A stretch of 64,000 bases of DNA from Treponemataceae bacterium (GCA_963678065.2 CAXXVZ010000003.1:1856001-1920000); one strand, 5' to 3'; positions 30,307-40,050 are shown, numbered from the stretch's first letter. Notes: generated by a model not told the origin, from the letters alone. Translations and numbers: made by a program.

Positions 30307-31578
30307 TTAAACCGGATAGGCCCGGGCCGTGAGCTCGAGGCTCTCTTCGATCGCCCAGAGGGCCTTCGCGAGATCCTCCTCGGTGTGGCGGTAGGCGATA
30401 TACCAGTGATGGAAGGGCTGGATGAAGAGCCCGCGCCGTATAGTCTGCGTGTAGAAGTACTCGCGCCTCGCCTTGTAAGTCTTCTCCGCGTCCGAGGGCG
30501 CGGGGTCGAAAGTGAGGAAGGGCATGGGCGGTATGCCCGACACCGTCGCCGGCACGCCGGACTTCGCGACAATGCGCCCGAGATCCGAAAGGAATTTCGT
30601 CCCGCGCGCCCAGATGGCGTTGGGCACATCCTCGCGCTCGAGGATGTCGAGGCAGGCCAGGGCCGCCACCATCTCGAGGCTGTTCGGGAAGAAGGTCGAG
30701 CTGACGAAGACCTTCTTCTCGCAGACCGACATGATCTCGCGCTTTCCGGCCACGCAGGATATCGCGTAGCCGTTGGCCAGCGCCTTGCCGAAGGTCCCGA
30801 GATCGGGCGTCACGCCGTAGCGCTCCTGTGCGCCCCCGAGGGCGGCGCGGAAGCCGGTACGGACCTCGTCGAAGACGAGGACAGCCCCGTGTTTCGTCGC
30901 GAGTTCGCGCACCGCCTCCAGATACCCGGCGGGTGGCGCCTGGACGGGCTTGGCGAGGGCGTGTCCGACCGGCGTGATGATGACGCAGGCGACCTTCCCC
31001 GCGTGCTCGGCGAGCTTCGCCTCGAGCGACTCGATCTTCCCGTACTCGAACTCGTCCGTGAGGGCGAGAGTCTCCTCGGGAACGCCTCCGTGGTTCTCCA
31101 CGCACCAGTCGTGCCAGCCGTGGTAGCCGCAGCGCAGCACGATCTCGCGGTCGGTGTAGCCTCGCGCGATGCGCACCGCCAGCGTCGTGGCGTCCGAACC
31201 CGTCTTCACCGGAATGACCTGCTCGGCGCAGGGTATCATGTCGACAAGCCTCGCCTCGAGCTCGTTCTGCACGGCCTGGACGAGAGAGAAACAGAAACCC
31301 TTGTGCGTCATCTGCCTGATGACGGCCTCGTTTATTTCCGGCTCGTTGTAGCCGAGGATGATGGGGCCGTAGGCGCAGAGCATGTCGATGTAGTCGTTGC
31401 CGTCCACGTCGACGATGTGCCCGCCGTAGCCGCGGTCGATGAAGATGGGATACTCGCCCTGCACGAAATTGTAGGGCCTGCGGATACCCATGACGCCGCC
31501 GGGAGAGAGCCGTTTGGCCTCCTCGAACATGGCCATGGACTTCGTGAGTCTGAGTGCGGGAAATTCTTTCGCTGGCAT
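30307..31578 (-). CDS. kat: Class III aminotransferase, probable 3-aminobutyryl-CoA aminotransferase
   Basis: PGGVMGIRRPYNFVQGEYPIF, GYHGWHDW, FDEVRTGFR, FGKALANG; lies in a lysine operon that lacks kal. Confidence 0.8.
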   Translation of the reverse strand: MPAKEFPALRLTKSMAMFEEAKRLSPGGVMGIRRPYNFVQGEYPIFIDRGYGGHIVDVDGNDYIDMLCAYGPIILGYNEPEINEAVIRQMTHKGFCFSLVQAVQNELEARLVDMIPCAEQVIPVKTGSDATTLAVRIARGYTDREIVLRCGYHGWHDWCVENHGGVPEETLALTDEFEYGKIESLEAKLAEHAGKVACVIITPVGHALAKPVQAPPAGYLEAVRELATKHGAVLVFDEVRTGFRAALGGAQERYGVTPDLGTFGKALANGYAISCVAGKREIMSVCEKKVFVSSTFFPNSLEMVAALACLDILEREDVPNAIWARGTKFLSDLGRIVAKSGVPATVSGIPPMPFLTFDPAPSDAEKTYKARREYFYTQTIRRGLFIQPFHHWYIAYRHTEEDLAKALWAIEESLELTARAYPV

Positions 31579-31786
31579 GAAAACACCTCCGCCGCCACCG
31601 CGGCGTCGTCCGTACGATACCGCGATGGCGCAGCGACATGCCGGAAGGAGCAGTAGCCGCGGCCTCCGGATATCCCCACGCAAGGGAGATCCCGGGCGGC
31701 CCGGCACAGTTTTTCCGGCGGGTTTTGGCAGGGGGCCCCGCCACGATACCCCGAACGGGGCGCGGGCGATCCGTCCTGCCGGTCTG

Positions 31787-32827
31787 TCATTTCACGTAGT
31801 TCTTCTCGAACAGCTCCCGGAGGGCGGGGTTCTCGCGCAACTCCCAGAGGGTGATCTCGGCGTGGTCCTTCGTGTAGCCGTTGCCGATGATCATGGTCAC
31901 ATCCTTGCCGATGCCTTCCGCTCCCAGGGCCGCGCGCGTGAAGCTCGTCGCCATGGAGAAGAAGTAGACTATGCCCTCGTCCCGGACTGGCAGAATGCTC
32001 GCCATCTCCGTCCCCTGGATGTTGACGCAGTTGATGGAGAGATCGAATTCCTTCCCGCCGTTCGCCGCGAGAACCTTCTCCAGCATCTCGACGGGCTTCG
32101 TGGCGTCGCAGACGACGATCTCGTGGGCGAGGCGCAGGTCTTCGAGGACCTTCCTCGAGCGCTCGGAGTGGATGTTGGCGACGACGCGCCCGGTCGGTCC
32201 GACGCGCTTCATGGCCTCGTAGCAGCACAGGAGACCCGACTTGCCGCCGGCCCCGAGTACGAGGACCCTGTCCCCTGGCTTCACGAGCTTGGCCGCCTGG
32301 GCGGGGGCGCCGGCCACGTCGAGGGCGGCGAGGGCGAGGCCTTCGTCCATGTCGGCGGGAAGCTTCGCGTAGATGCCGGATTCGAAGAGGATGGCCTTCG
32401 CCTCCACCTCGACCCTGTCGATGTCGGTGTGGACCGCGAGGATTTTTTCGATCTTGAGCGGCGTGAGCGAAAGGGAGACGAGGCTCGCGATCTTGTCGCC
32501 GACCGCGAGGTCGCGCTGCGCGAGGGCCGATCCGATCTTCGCGACCCTGCCGATGAGCATTCCGCCGGAGCCCGTCACGGGGTTCTGCTGCTTGCCGCGC
32601 GAGGCGACGATGCCGAGGATGATCGCCTTTATCTTCTCGATATCCCCGCCCGCCTCCTCCTCGATCTGGGTGAAGCTGGCCGAATCTATGTTGAGTGCGA
32701 TGACGTCGATGAGTATTTCATTGTCGTAGACGACCGACATGTCGTTGTTGATTTTCTGCGCCGTCTGCGGCATCGCCCCGACCGGTTCGATCACCCGGTG
32801 CGTGCCGTACTTGTCTCCCATTGGCAT
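31787..32827 (-). CDS. kdd: L-erythro-3,5-diaminohexanoate dehydrogenase
   Basis: YGTHRVIEP, NIDSASF, NPVTGSGGMLIG, LDVAGAPAQ. Confidence 0.93.
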   Translation of the reverse strand: MPMGDKYGTHRVIEPVGAMPQTAQKINNDMSVVYDNEILIDVIALNIDSASFTQIEEEAGGDIEKIKAIILGIVASRGKQQNPVTGSGGMLIGRVAKIGSALAQRDLAVGDKIASLVSLSLTPLKIEKILAVHTDIDRVEVEAKAILFESGIYAKLPADMDEGLALAALDVAGAPAQAAKLVKPGDRVLVLGAGGKSGLLCCYEAMKRVGPTGRVVANIHSERSRKVLEDLRLAHEIVVCDATKPVEMLEKVLAANGGKEFDLSINCVNIQGTEMASILPVRDEGIVYFFSMATSFTRAALGAEGIGKDVTMIIGNGYTKDHAEITLWELRENPALRELFEKNYVK

Positions 32828-32915
32828 GATGCGCCTCCCTTTTTCGTTTCCGGACCTTGCGCGAAGGCCCGGCACTGTGCGCTCCCATAGTAAACTGTTT
32901 TAAGACCGACGTAAA

Positions 32916-32958
32916 GAAAAAACAAAGCTCCGTCCGCCCGGAAGCCGGACGGCGGAGC
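32916..32958 (-). terminator. Intrinsic terminator after the 33009-33602 gene
   Basis: GCTCCGTCCG..CGGACGGCGGAGC stem followed on the minus strand by TTTGTTTTTT. Confidence 0.7.
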
Positions 32959-33008
32959 ATCACCGTTTCATTGCCATTGAAAGAAATTGAAAGAAAATGA
33001 ACAATCCT

Positions 33009-33602
33009 CTATCTGAACAGCATGACCTTCCCGCCCACGAAAACCTTCAGGTTCTTGAGGGGATATGCCTCGAGGTCGTATCCGGATGAGGTGCGCGGAG
33101 TCCCGACGGGCATCATGTACAGTGTCTTGACAAAGAGCCCGAGCGAGCCGAGGTTTATCCCCACTCCGCCGCCCGCCTGCCAGTAGTCGCTCGCGAGAAG
33201 GGGGTTGGACAAGTCGGGGTCGTCCTCACGGGAAGCGTAGTCCCTCGCCATCCTTCCGACACCGAGCTCGAGGAAGGGGTCGATGAAGGCGCGGTAGCCG
33301 AAGGGATGTGCCTGGGCGTAGAGGTCCACGTCGAAGTCTTTCATCCTCACGGGCATCGAACCTATCATCTCGTTATAGTAGGAAACATTCAGCGAGGCAC
33401 CCAGTGCCATGCCTCCGAATCCGAGCTCGGCGAAGGGGCCGTAGAAGATGCCCTGACCCGACTTGAAACGCTCGGTAATTTCCCCTATGGACATGCGATT
33501 GTTCGCGTAGATCGCCCCCGTCGCTCCCAGAGAGATCTGGGCGAAGGCGGCCGACGATGCCGCGAGGGCGAGAATCAGCACTGTGGCCAATTTTCTGTTC
33601 AT
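33009..33602 (-). CDS. Exported protein, possibly an outer-membrane beta-barrel
   Basis: Signal peptide ending AFA; Gly/aromatic amphipathic strands. Confidence 0.5.
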   Translation of the reverse strand: MNRKLATVLILALAASSAAFAQISLGATGAIYANNRMSIGEITERFKSGQGIFYGPFAELGFGGMALGASLNVSYYNEMIGSMPVRMKDFDVDLYAQAHPFGYRAFIDPFLELGVGRMARDYASREDDPDLSNPLLASDYWQAGGGVGINLGSLGLFVKTLYMMPVGTPRTSSGYDLEAYPLKNLKVFVGGKVMLFR

Positions 33603-33852
33603 TCCTTCCTCCTGGATTGGGCAAGCCCTGCGGCCGTCCCTTCAGACTTATGATAGCACGCCGCGCGGCATCCGACAGGACAATCCGGAAAAAGCCTCTC
33701 CGTGACCCGCTTTCGGCCGAATGCCCATGGCCGGAAACGGAGTATTTCGCGTTCGACGAACGACTCGGTTTGGAAAGCTGCCCCGGGAGTGATATTATAG
33801 AAGCTGAGGCGCGGCAAAGAGTCCGCGCCGATCATTTCCCAGGAGGCTTCTC

Positions 33853-34830
33853 ATGAAGCGTGCCTTGTTTGCCCTGCTCGCACTCGCGGTTCTGGCGGCG
33901 GGAACCGTTTCCGCCCAGAGCAAGACATCACTCAACATTCAGTCGAACCAGACGGGAGCCCAGGTTTTCATCAACGACAGGCTCGTCGGCTACACCAACC
34001 CCAACTTTTCCTTCCTCGTCCAGCCAGGACGCTACGATGTGCGGGTCAGCAAGGACGGCTATCCCGACTTCAAGACCTCGGTCAGCGTCGGAAGTTCTCC
34101 CGTCACGATCATAGCGAACCTCGGTCCCGGCAATCCTCCCCCGACAACGACGACAATTCCGCTCCCCCCGCCTCCCCCGCGCTACAGTCTCACCGTAACG
34201 GCGAATGTTCCGGGAGCGCAGGTATTCATCAACGGATCCTACGCAGGAAATGCCCCATTCGGGACTTCCTTCGCTCCGGGGAGCTACTCGGTGTCCGTCC
34301 GCGCCGAAGGCTACACCGAGTTCAGGCAGAGTGTAGTCGTAAACGGTCACGTCACGGTCGCCGCCACCCTTTACCCTCTCGGATACGAAGTCTACATCGA
34401 CAGTCCCGGAATCCGCGGGGCCGATGTGTACCGCAACTCGACCTGGGTAGGCACGACTCCCTATCGGGACACCTGGGCGCCCGGCTACTACACAGTCACT
34501 GTCAAATCCCCGGGCTACAACGATTTCTACGACTCCTTCACACTCTCCGCCCCGAGACTCATCCAGGCCAATCTCCAGTCCGCGACCATTCCCTATGAAA
34601 TCCGCCTGCCCGAAGCGCTCTCCGAGCGCGAGAGCAAGGGGCCGAAGTGGAAACAGTTCAGGCTCTTCATCGACAGCGCCCAAGTCTACAGCACCTACGG
34701 CAGTCTCATTCCCGGACGCCACACCCTCACCCTCGAAATCGGCGGAATTTCTTTCGACTCGACCTTCCAGGTGCTGCAGGGCAAGCCCTGCGTCATAGAA
34801 CCCGGATTCACGGTCACCGTGACACAATAG
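33853..34830 (+). CDS. PEGA domain protein
   Basis: Signal peptide and three repeats of the GAQVFING..G..P...PG.Y.V.V...GY pattern. Confidence 0.85.
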   Translation: MKRALFALLALAVLAAGTVSAQSKTSLNIQSNQTGAQVFINDRLVGYTNPNFSFLVQPGRYDVRVSKDGYPDFKTSVSVGSSPVTIIANLGPGNPPPTTTTIPLPPPPPRYSLTVTANVPGAQVFINGSYAGNAPFGTSFAPGSYSVSVRAEGYTEFRQSVVVNGHVTVAATLYPLGYEVYIDSPGIRGADVYRNSTWVGTTPYRDTWAPGYYTVTVKSPGYNDFYDSFTLSAPRLIQANLQSATIPYEIRLPEALSERESKGPKWKQFRLFIDSAQVYSTYGSLIPGRHTLTLEIGGISFDSTFQVLQGKPCVIEPGFTVTVTQ

Positions 34831-34853
34831 CTTCCTGGAATAGTCAGGATTTG

Positions 34854-34885
34854 CGGCGGTCTGCCTTGCGCGGGCCGCCGTTTTC
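34854..34885 (+). terminator. Intrinsic terminator
   Basis: CGGCGGTCTGC-loop-GCGGGCCGCCG followed by TTTT. Confidence 0.6.
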
Positions 34886-34949
34886 ATGTACAAAACCTTT
34901 CTGGATATATATACTACAAGGCAGCATCGCAGGAGACACGAGGTGATGA

Positions 34950-35537
34950 ATGGCTGATTCCGTCGATTTCAAGGAGTACGAAGACCTCGTCACCGGAAGC
35001 GGCGGATACCGGGACATCGAAGTCGAGATGCTGAAAGAAACCCTCTCGTCCTGGAAGAAAAACCCCGACAACCCTTACACAATCATGGAAGTCCGTGACG
35101 GCCGGCTGCTGGCGGCCATCGCAGTCGCCAGCAGGATACCCTCCCGCGAGTACACCTTCGAGATCCGTTATCTCTGTGTCGACCAGGATTACACCTCCAC
35201 GAAGGTGGGCGAGCGCATTCTCCAGATGATCGACGAGGAATTCCTCTTGCGCCATCCCCAGGCACTCATCCAGTACGAGACTTCGACGCGGAAACTGGCA
35301 TCTGTCGGAATTTCGCTTCTCGAGGCCTCGGGCTACAACCTGATCGGGCATATCCCCGATTTCTATTCCCGCGGCGACGACTTCTACATGTTCTCGAAAT
35401 TCCTCTCAAGGGTGAAAATCGAGCCGGAAAAAAAGGCCGAGACCGAAAAGGCGGCCCCCCGTGCGCCGGCGACCGTGCAGTCCGCCCCGATGGTCGAGCC
35501 GCCGGATCAGGAATGTGATCCCGCTCAGGACGTGTAA
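34950..35537 (+). CDS. GNAT-fold acetyltransferase
   Basis: YLCVDQDY...VGERIL, GY...GHIPDFY. Confidence 0.65.
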   Translation: MADSVDFKEYEDLVTGSGGYRDIEVEMLKETLSSWKKNPDNPYTIMEVRDGRLLAAIAVASRIPSREYTFEIRYLCVDQDYTSTKVGERILQMIDEEFLLRHPQALIQYETSTRKLASVGISLLEASGYNLIGHIPDFYSRGDDFYMFSKFLSRVKIEPEKKAETEKAAPRAPATVQSAPMVEPPDQECDPAQDV

Positions 35538-35578
35538 GGAAAAAACCTCGGCTGAGCCCTTGCCCAAGGAGAAGCACC

Positions 35579-36475
35579 ATGATAATCGGAGCAATCGAAG
35601 CCGGCGGCACGAAATTCGTCTGCGGCCTCTTTGAAACCTCGCGGCCGGGAGAAAAACCCATACTCCTTTTGCGGACGAGCATTCCCACCACGACGCCATC
35701 CGAGACCATCGAGGCCTCACTCGCATGGTTCGGATCGGCCGGATACAGAGCCGAGCGCCTCGGAATAGGCTCATTCGGCCCCGTCGACCTCGATCCCGCG
35801 AGCCCCCGCTGGGGATACATAACTTCGACGCCCAAACCCTTCTGGCGCGACACGCCGCTCGCCACCTTTTTCCGGGACAGGCTCGACATCCCTGTCGCCT
35901 TCGACACCGACGTGAACGCCGCCGCCCTCGGCGAGGCCACGTGGGGCTCAGGAGTGGGGCTCTCCGACCTCATCTACATCACGGTCGGCACGGGCATCGG
36001 GGGCGGCGTACTCTCGGGAGGCAGACTCGTCCACGGACGCAACCACCCCGAACTCGGCCACATCAAGACGGGTCACCTTCCCGGCGACACGTACGGCGGG
36101 CACTGCCCCTTCCACAGAGACTGTCTCGAGGGCATGGCGGCAGGACCAGCCATCGGCGAGCGCTGGGGGGCGCGGGCGGAGAATCTGCCCGCCGACCACC
36201 CGGCCTGGGAACTCGAGGCGGGCTACCTGGCCCGGGCCTTTGCGGCCTACACATTCACGCTCTCACCGCGAGCCATCATCATGGGCGGCGGTGTCGGCAT
36301 GCGGCCCGGCCTCGCGGAGCGCGTCGAGACCCTCCTCCGGTCCGAACTCGCGGGCTATGTCGGCGACCTCCTTCCTCTCAGCGGCGAGGACTACGAGGGC
36401 TATGTCAGGCGGCCCGGCCTCGGACACGAAGCCGGCCTCTTCGGCTCCGCGGCGCTCACGCTTGCCCCGGCATGA
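35579..36475 (+). CDS. ROK family sugar kinase (fructokinase-like)
   Basis: IEAGGTKF, DTDVNAAALGE, TVGTGIGGG, HPELGH, CPFHRDCLEG. Confidence 0.9.
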   Translation: MIIGAIEAGGTKFVCGLFETSRPGEKPILLLRTSIPTTTPSETIEASLAWFGSAGYRAERLGIGSFGPVDLDPASPRWGYITSTPKPFWRDTPLATFFRDRLDIPVAFDTDVNAAALGEATWGSGVGLSDLIYITVGTGIGGGVLSGGRLVHGRNHPELGHIKTGHLPGDTYGGHCPFHRDCLEGMAAGPAIGERWGARAENLPADHPAWELEAGYLARAFAAYTFTLSPRAIIMGGGVGMRPGLAERVETLLRSELAGYVGDLLPLSGEDYEGYVRRPGLGHEAGLFGSAALTLAPA

Positions 36476-36660
36476 GGAAATTGTCGATCGCGGCGCGGTA
36501 CGGCTGGCGGGAAGCGTCTCGCCGGCTCGGAAAACCTCAAGAAACGCAGGTACTTGATCGGAAGCAGGTTTCATACCCCGCAACCCGCGGCGCTCTTTAA
36601 GAAGACGCAGCGAACTAGTTGATTTTCGTCCTGTTTCGCTGGTATAGTCTCGCGGTATTC

Positions 36661-36733
36661 GCCGAGATAGCTCATTTGGCAGAGCGGCGCACTCGTAATG
36701 CGCAGGTGTCGGGTTCGATTCCCGATCTCGGCT
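36661..36733 (+). tRNA. tRNA-Thr(CGT); integration site
   Basis: GCCGAGA/TCTCGGC acceptor stem, GCGCA-CTCGTAA-TGCGC anticodon arm, GGTTCGATTCC T-arm; CCA not encoded; upstream TTGATT..TATAGT promoter. Confidence 0.95.
36692..36733 (+). repeat. attL core (42 bp)
   Basis: CTCGTAATGCGCAGGTGTCGGGTTCGATTCCCGATCTCGGCT, identical to 46217-46258. Confidence 0.95.
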
Positions 36734-36802
36734 AACGTAATCAATTACGAGATAACGAAATACGCGGCTACCTGAAATCAGGCGCACGCGTTCCATCTCA
36801 CA

Positions 36803-36828
36803 CTATGAGACACTTCTATGAGATAGAA
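36803..36828 (+). repeat. Putative integrase arm-type sites (left)
   Basis: CTATGAGA at 36803 and CTATGAGATAGAA at 36816; the same 13-mer occurs twice near attR. Confidence 0.7.
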
Positions 36829-36842
36829 GTGAAAGGGACGCC

Positions 36843-38186
36843 ATGCGCACAGAAACGGCACAGTATTCCATTCATCGCAGAGGTGGTTTTTTCTACGTCC
36901 AATTCAAGAATCCAGAAACCCGCGAGTGGTCGACGCCGAAGTCTACTGGTACAAGTGACAGAAACACAGCTTTGCTTATCATCGCCGAATGGATGCGCGA
37001 TGGAGTACCTGTAGAAAAGACCGACACCCGCCGCAATCTTGCCGACATCTTCACTTCCGAATCTGCAATCGAGGCTGCACGCAAAGCACCACTGACGCCC
37101 GAGGAAGCTGCCCGGATCGTAGGCATCTTGCGGGATCGGGGGCTTGTCCAGGTTTCCGCAGTGCAAGTAGGACCAGGCTCCATCGATTTCACTTCATTCC
37201 TGGCTGATTTCTGGGATTATGATACATCTACATACGTCAAGGACCGGCTTTCACATGGTCAATCCATCGGGCGCCGCCACTGCAATGATATGGCATCCCG
37301 CGTCTCCGTTCACTGGAAACCTGTCTTTCAAGGCCGGAGCCTTGCGAGTATCACGAAAAAGGACATCCGTGATTTTTCGGTCATGATCGCCGGGAAGGGA
37401 CTTGCCACCGCAACGGTCAACAAAATCCTTATTACAGGAACATGTGCCTTGACCTGGGCGAAAGAAAACGACCTCATCCTCTCCGATCCTGGGGAAGGAC
37501 TTCGCAAGTTCTCCGGGGCAGGCAGACCCCGAGGCATCCTCGAAATGGACGAAGTTGCCGAGCTATTCAAGCGTGAATACTGGACTGACGATCGAACCTA
37601 TACCGCTAACATCGCCGCCGCGTTTACAGGAATGCGTGCAGGCGAACTTCTCGGGCTTAGAGTGCAAGACCTCAAGACTGACCGAATTGTCGTCACAAAC
37701 GCATGGGGAGGCGTGGATCATCTCAAGGATACGAAGAATCACGGCATCCGGCAGATCCCGTTGCCGCCCGCACTCCGCCGCGCACTTCTAGATCTTGCCG
37801 CGACCAATCCACATGGACCCGCGGGATACATTTTCTACGGAGCATTACCGGACAAACCAATGGACGAAAAGCCATTCCTCGATGATTTCAAGGCTGCATT
37901 CATCGCCATGCGCGTGAAGGGAAATGACGATCCGCAAGCCTGCGAGAAGGCCGAAGCCGAATTGAAAACACGAAACCTTCTCTTCCACAGCTGGCGACAC
38001 TTCTACAGCTCCCGCATGGCTGACAGCATCGACCTCAGGAAGCTATCAAATGCGACCGGACACAAAACACTGGAAACACTCGCTCAGTATGCGAGCCATG
38101 CGAAGAAGGATGACTTCGCCGAAATAGGAAAAGCTGTCGCAGCCCTCTTTGCGCCAGTCGTAGTCAGTACGCAAGCCGCAGGCTGA
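36843..38186 (+). CDS. Tyrosine recombinase / integrase
   Basis: TGMRAGELLGL (R), HSWRH (HxxR), GH...Y; adjacent to attL. Confidence 0.95.
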   Translation: MRTETAQYSIHRRGGFFYVQFKNPETREWSTPKSTGTSDRNTALLIIAEWMRDGVPVEKTDTRRNLADIFTSESAIEAARKAPLTPEEAARIVGILRDRGLVQVSAVQVGPGSIDFTSFLADFWDYDTSTYVKDRLSHGQSIGRRHCNDMASRVSVHWKPVFQGRSLASITKKDIRDFSVMIAGKGLATATVNKILITGTCALTWAKENDLILSDPGEGLRKFSGAGRPRGILEMDEVAELFKREYWTDDRTYTANIAAAFTGMRAGELLGLRVQDLKTDRIVVTNAWGGVDHLKDTKNHGIRQIPLPPALRRALLDLAATNPHGPAGYIFYGALPDKPMDEKPFLDDFKAAFIAMRVKGNDDPQACEKAEAELKTRNLLFHSWRHFYSSRMADSIDLRKLSNATGHKTLETLAQYASHAKKDDFAEIGKAVAALFAPVVVSTQAAG

Positions 38187-38199
38187 GGCAGACACCAGG

Positions 38200-38592
38200 A
38201 TGAACACACTCGAAATCATCCACGACAGGCTCAGTGTCGCACTTGATCGAGCCCGCATGATCCGTGCCGATTCGGTGGGCGAGCGGGAAGCCACATTTTC
38301 TGACGTGCGGGCTGATGGACTCCGGGAAGCTATCGAGCTGATTGCCGATCCCCGCAATCATATGGACAGCTTTAGAACGCACAGGCTCACGATCGACTTG
38401 TTGCTGACATTCAACACCATACTTGAGGGGCTTGAAAAAATCCCTGAACTGAGACCCGAAAAGACCGCAGAAGTCCGGGAACTCATTAAAGGACTTATAG
38501 AGGGAATGGCTGAATTGGTACCACGGGGGCACATGGTGTCCTTAAAATCATACACAGGAGAGAATCGACATGACACAGAAGGCGATGGATGA
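38200..38592 (+). CDS. Hypothetical helical protein of the element
   Basis: ORF with AGGA RBS directly after int; no family recognised. Confidence 0.55.
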   Translation: MNTLEIIHDRLSVALDRARMIRADSVGEREATFSDVRADGLREAIELIADPRNHMDSFRTHRLTIDLLLTFNTILEGLEKIPELRPEKTAEVRELIKGLIEGMAELVPRGHMVSLKSYTGENRHDTEGDG

Positions 38593-38869
38593 AATGGTTT
38601 ATGAACTGACTTTCCTTTCGGACACAGTGTACGGCTACGGGAGCATGATTCTTGAGGATCGCCGTGAACTTGCAGCTTTGTCTTTGCATACGGTATCGGA
38701 ACGCCTGGACGCTCTTGTTTCCATGTTGTCGAATGAGGACATTCCCCTTGAACTTCCTGCCGACCTTGGGGATGCAATCGAAAAGATGGCGAAGAGCGCA
38801 GGAAGATCGTACAAGGAGCAGATCATCATTTTGCTCACCGAATATGTCGCCGAGCGAAAGTCTGCATGA
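38570..38869 (+). CDS. Protein with a C-terminal Arc/ribbon-helix-helix-like segment
   Basis: LELPADLGDAIEKMAKSAGRSYKEQIIILL; GGAG RBS. Confidence 0.55.
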   Translation: MTQKAMDEMVYELTFLSDTVYGYGSMILEDRRELAALSLHTVSERLDALVSMLSNEDIPLELPADLGDAIEKMAKSAGRSYKEQIIILLTEYVAERKSA

Positions 38870-38928
38870 TCCGCCTTCCGGGCCGCAAAGTGCCCCGGAC
38901 AAGCATACAGGTGTTGAGGTAAAGCATC

Positions 38929-39453
38929 TTGAAACGACTTGACTATATTACTGATGGATGGAATATTGATATTATCATGAAGCATGAGAGTCCGAAACCA
39001 GTTGCCGCGAGAATAGTAAAGTATCTTGGAATGCCGCCGTCGAAGATTGCGAAGAAGTCCCCGTATATCCCCCTTTCCACCGAATCCATTATGAAGGCCA
39101 TGCGAACAGACGAGAATGAAGGCACCTTCGTCGATGGGATGGTGATAGATATTTTGCGAAGGGACTTGGGACCTCAGCGACGATACGACACAGATGGACC
39201 CAGGTTCGGGTATGTTCTGAAGCGGTCAGATTTTTGGACGGAAATGGACAGCCGACACCTTAAAGAAGCAGAAGTCTCCCGGCTTTTAGGAAGAAAACCG
39301 CGCTCGATACATTTATGGAATGACCGGACGAAAAAACCTAATGACTCACTTAGAATTACTGAAGAGGAATGGGGAAAGATTATGACATTCTGGACTGGAC
39401 AAACACAAAAAGTCAGAAAAGAAGAGGACCGAGAGGATAGTATACGAAATTAA
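38929..39453 (+). CDS. Hypothetical protein, possibly with a C-terminal HTH
   Basis: GAGG RBS and TTG start; LKEAEVSRLLGRKPRSIHLW resembles an HTH. Confidence 0.45.
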   Translation: MKRLDYITDGWNIDIIMKHESPKPVAARIVKYLGMPPSKIAKKSPYIPLSTESIMKAMRTDENEGTFVDGMVIDILRRDLGPQRRYDTDGPRFGYVLKRSDFWTEMDSRHLKEAEVSRLLGRKPRSIHLWNDRTKKPNDSLRITEEEWGKIMTFWTGQTQKVRKEEDREDSIRN

Positions 39454-39652
39454 GCGCACTCTAGAAGGCGCTTAGGCATTTTATGCCCGCAGATGCGGGA
39501 ACGGTGACACTGGGACTATGGCAACCCGGAAGGGTTAGTGACAGACCTCCCAGAAGGACACGGATCAAACCGTCTGTGTCGGGTCGAAAGGCTCTCCGAA
39601 TGGTCCCCTCACTTGTATGAGTAGAGGGGAAAACCATTTTCGGGGGCCACAA

Positions 39653-39868
39653 ATGGCACCATTCACAATTTCTCGGCAGTTTTATTCAAAGAAAGACCTT
39701 ATCGAAATCACCGGACAATCGCTTAGCACTATCGACCGCGGACTGCGAAATGGGAAAATCCCTTTCGTGAAAATCCCTGGCGGTAAAAATGTCCTCATTC
39801 CCGCTTCATTCATCGAAGCCCTTGAGGTTCGGGCCAGAGCACTCCCGACCGAGGGGGCTGCCGTATGA
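39653..39868 (+). CDS. Excisionase/AlpA-like winged-HTH protein
   Basis: YSKKDLIEITGQSLSTIDRGLRNGKIPFVKI pattern; 71 aa. Confidence 0.75.
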   Translation: MAPFTISRQFYSKKDLIEITGQSLSTIDRGLRNGKIPFVKIPGGKNVLIPASFIEALEVRARALPTEGAAV

Positions 39869-40050
39869 CCGCCGCAGATCGCACTATCGTGCACAGGGAA
39901 CTTGATCGCGCTTTCGACTCCGGATTGCCCTTCTATGGCGACGTTCTTTTTAAGCTCCAGATTCAAGGCGGAAAACTCCATCGGATCGAAACAACGGTTT
40001 CCCGTGCCGTTCTCGCCGAAACATTACGGATCGAAGGCGGCACTAAATGA
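39865..40050 (+). CDS. Small hypothetical protein
   Basis: ATGA coupling to both neighbouring genes. Confidence 0.6.
   Translation: MTAADRTIVHRELDRAFDSGLPFYGDVLFKLQIQGGKLHRIETTVSRAVLAETLRIEGGTK

Noticed and set aside
32828..33008. Lysine or cobalamin riboswitch ahead of kdd
   Set aside because: Only about 85 bp remain after the upstream gene's terminator and no consensus elements were seen.
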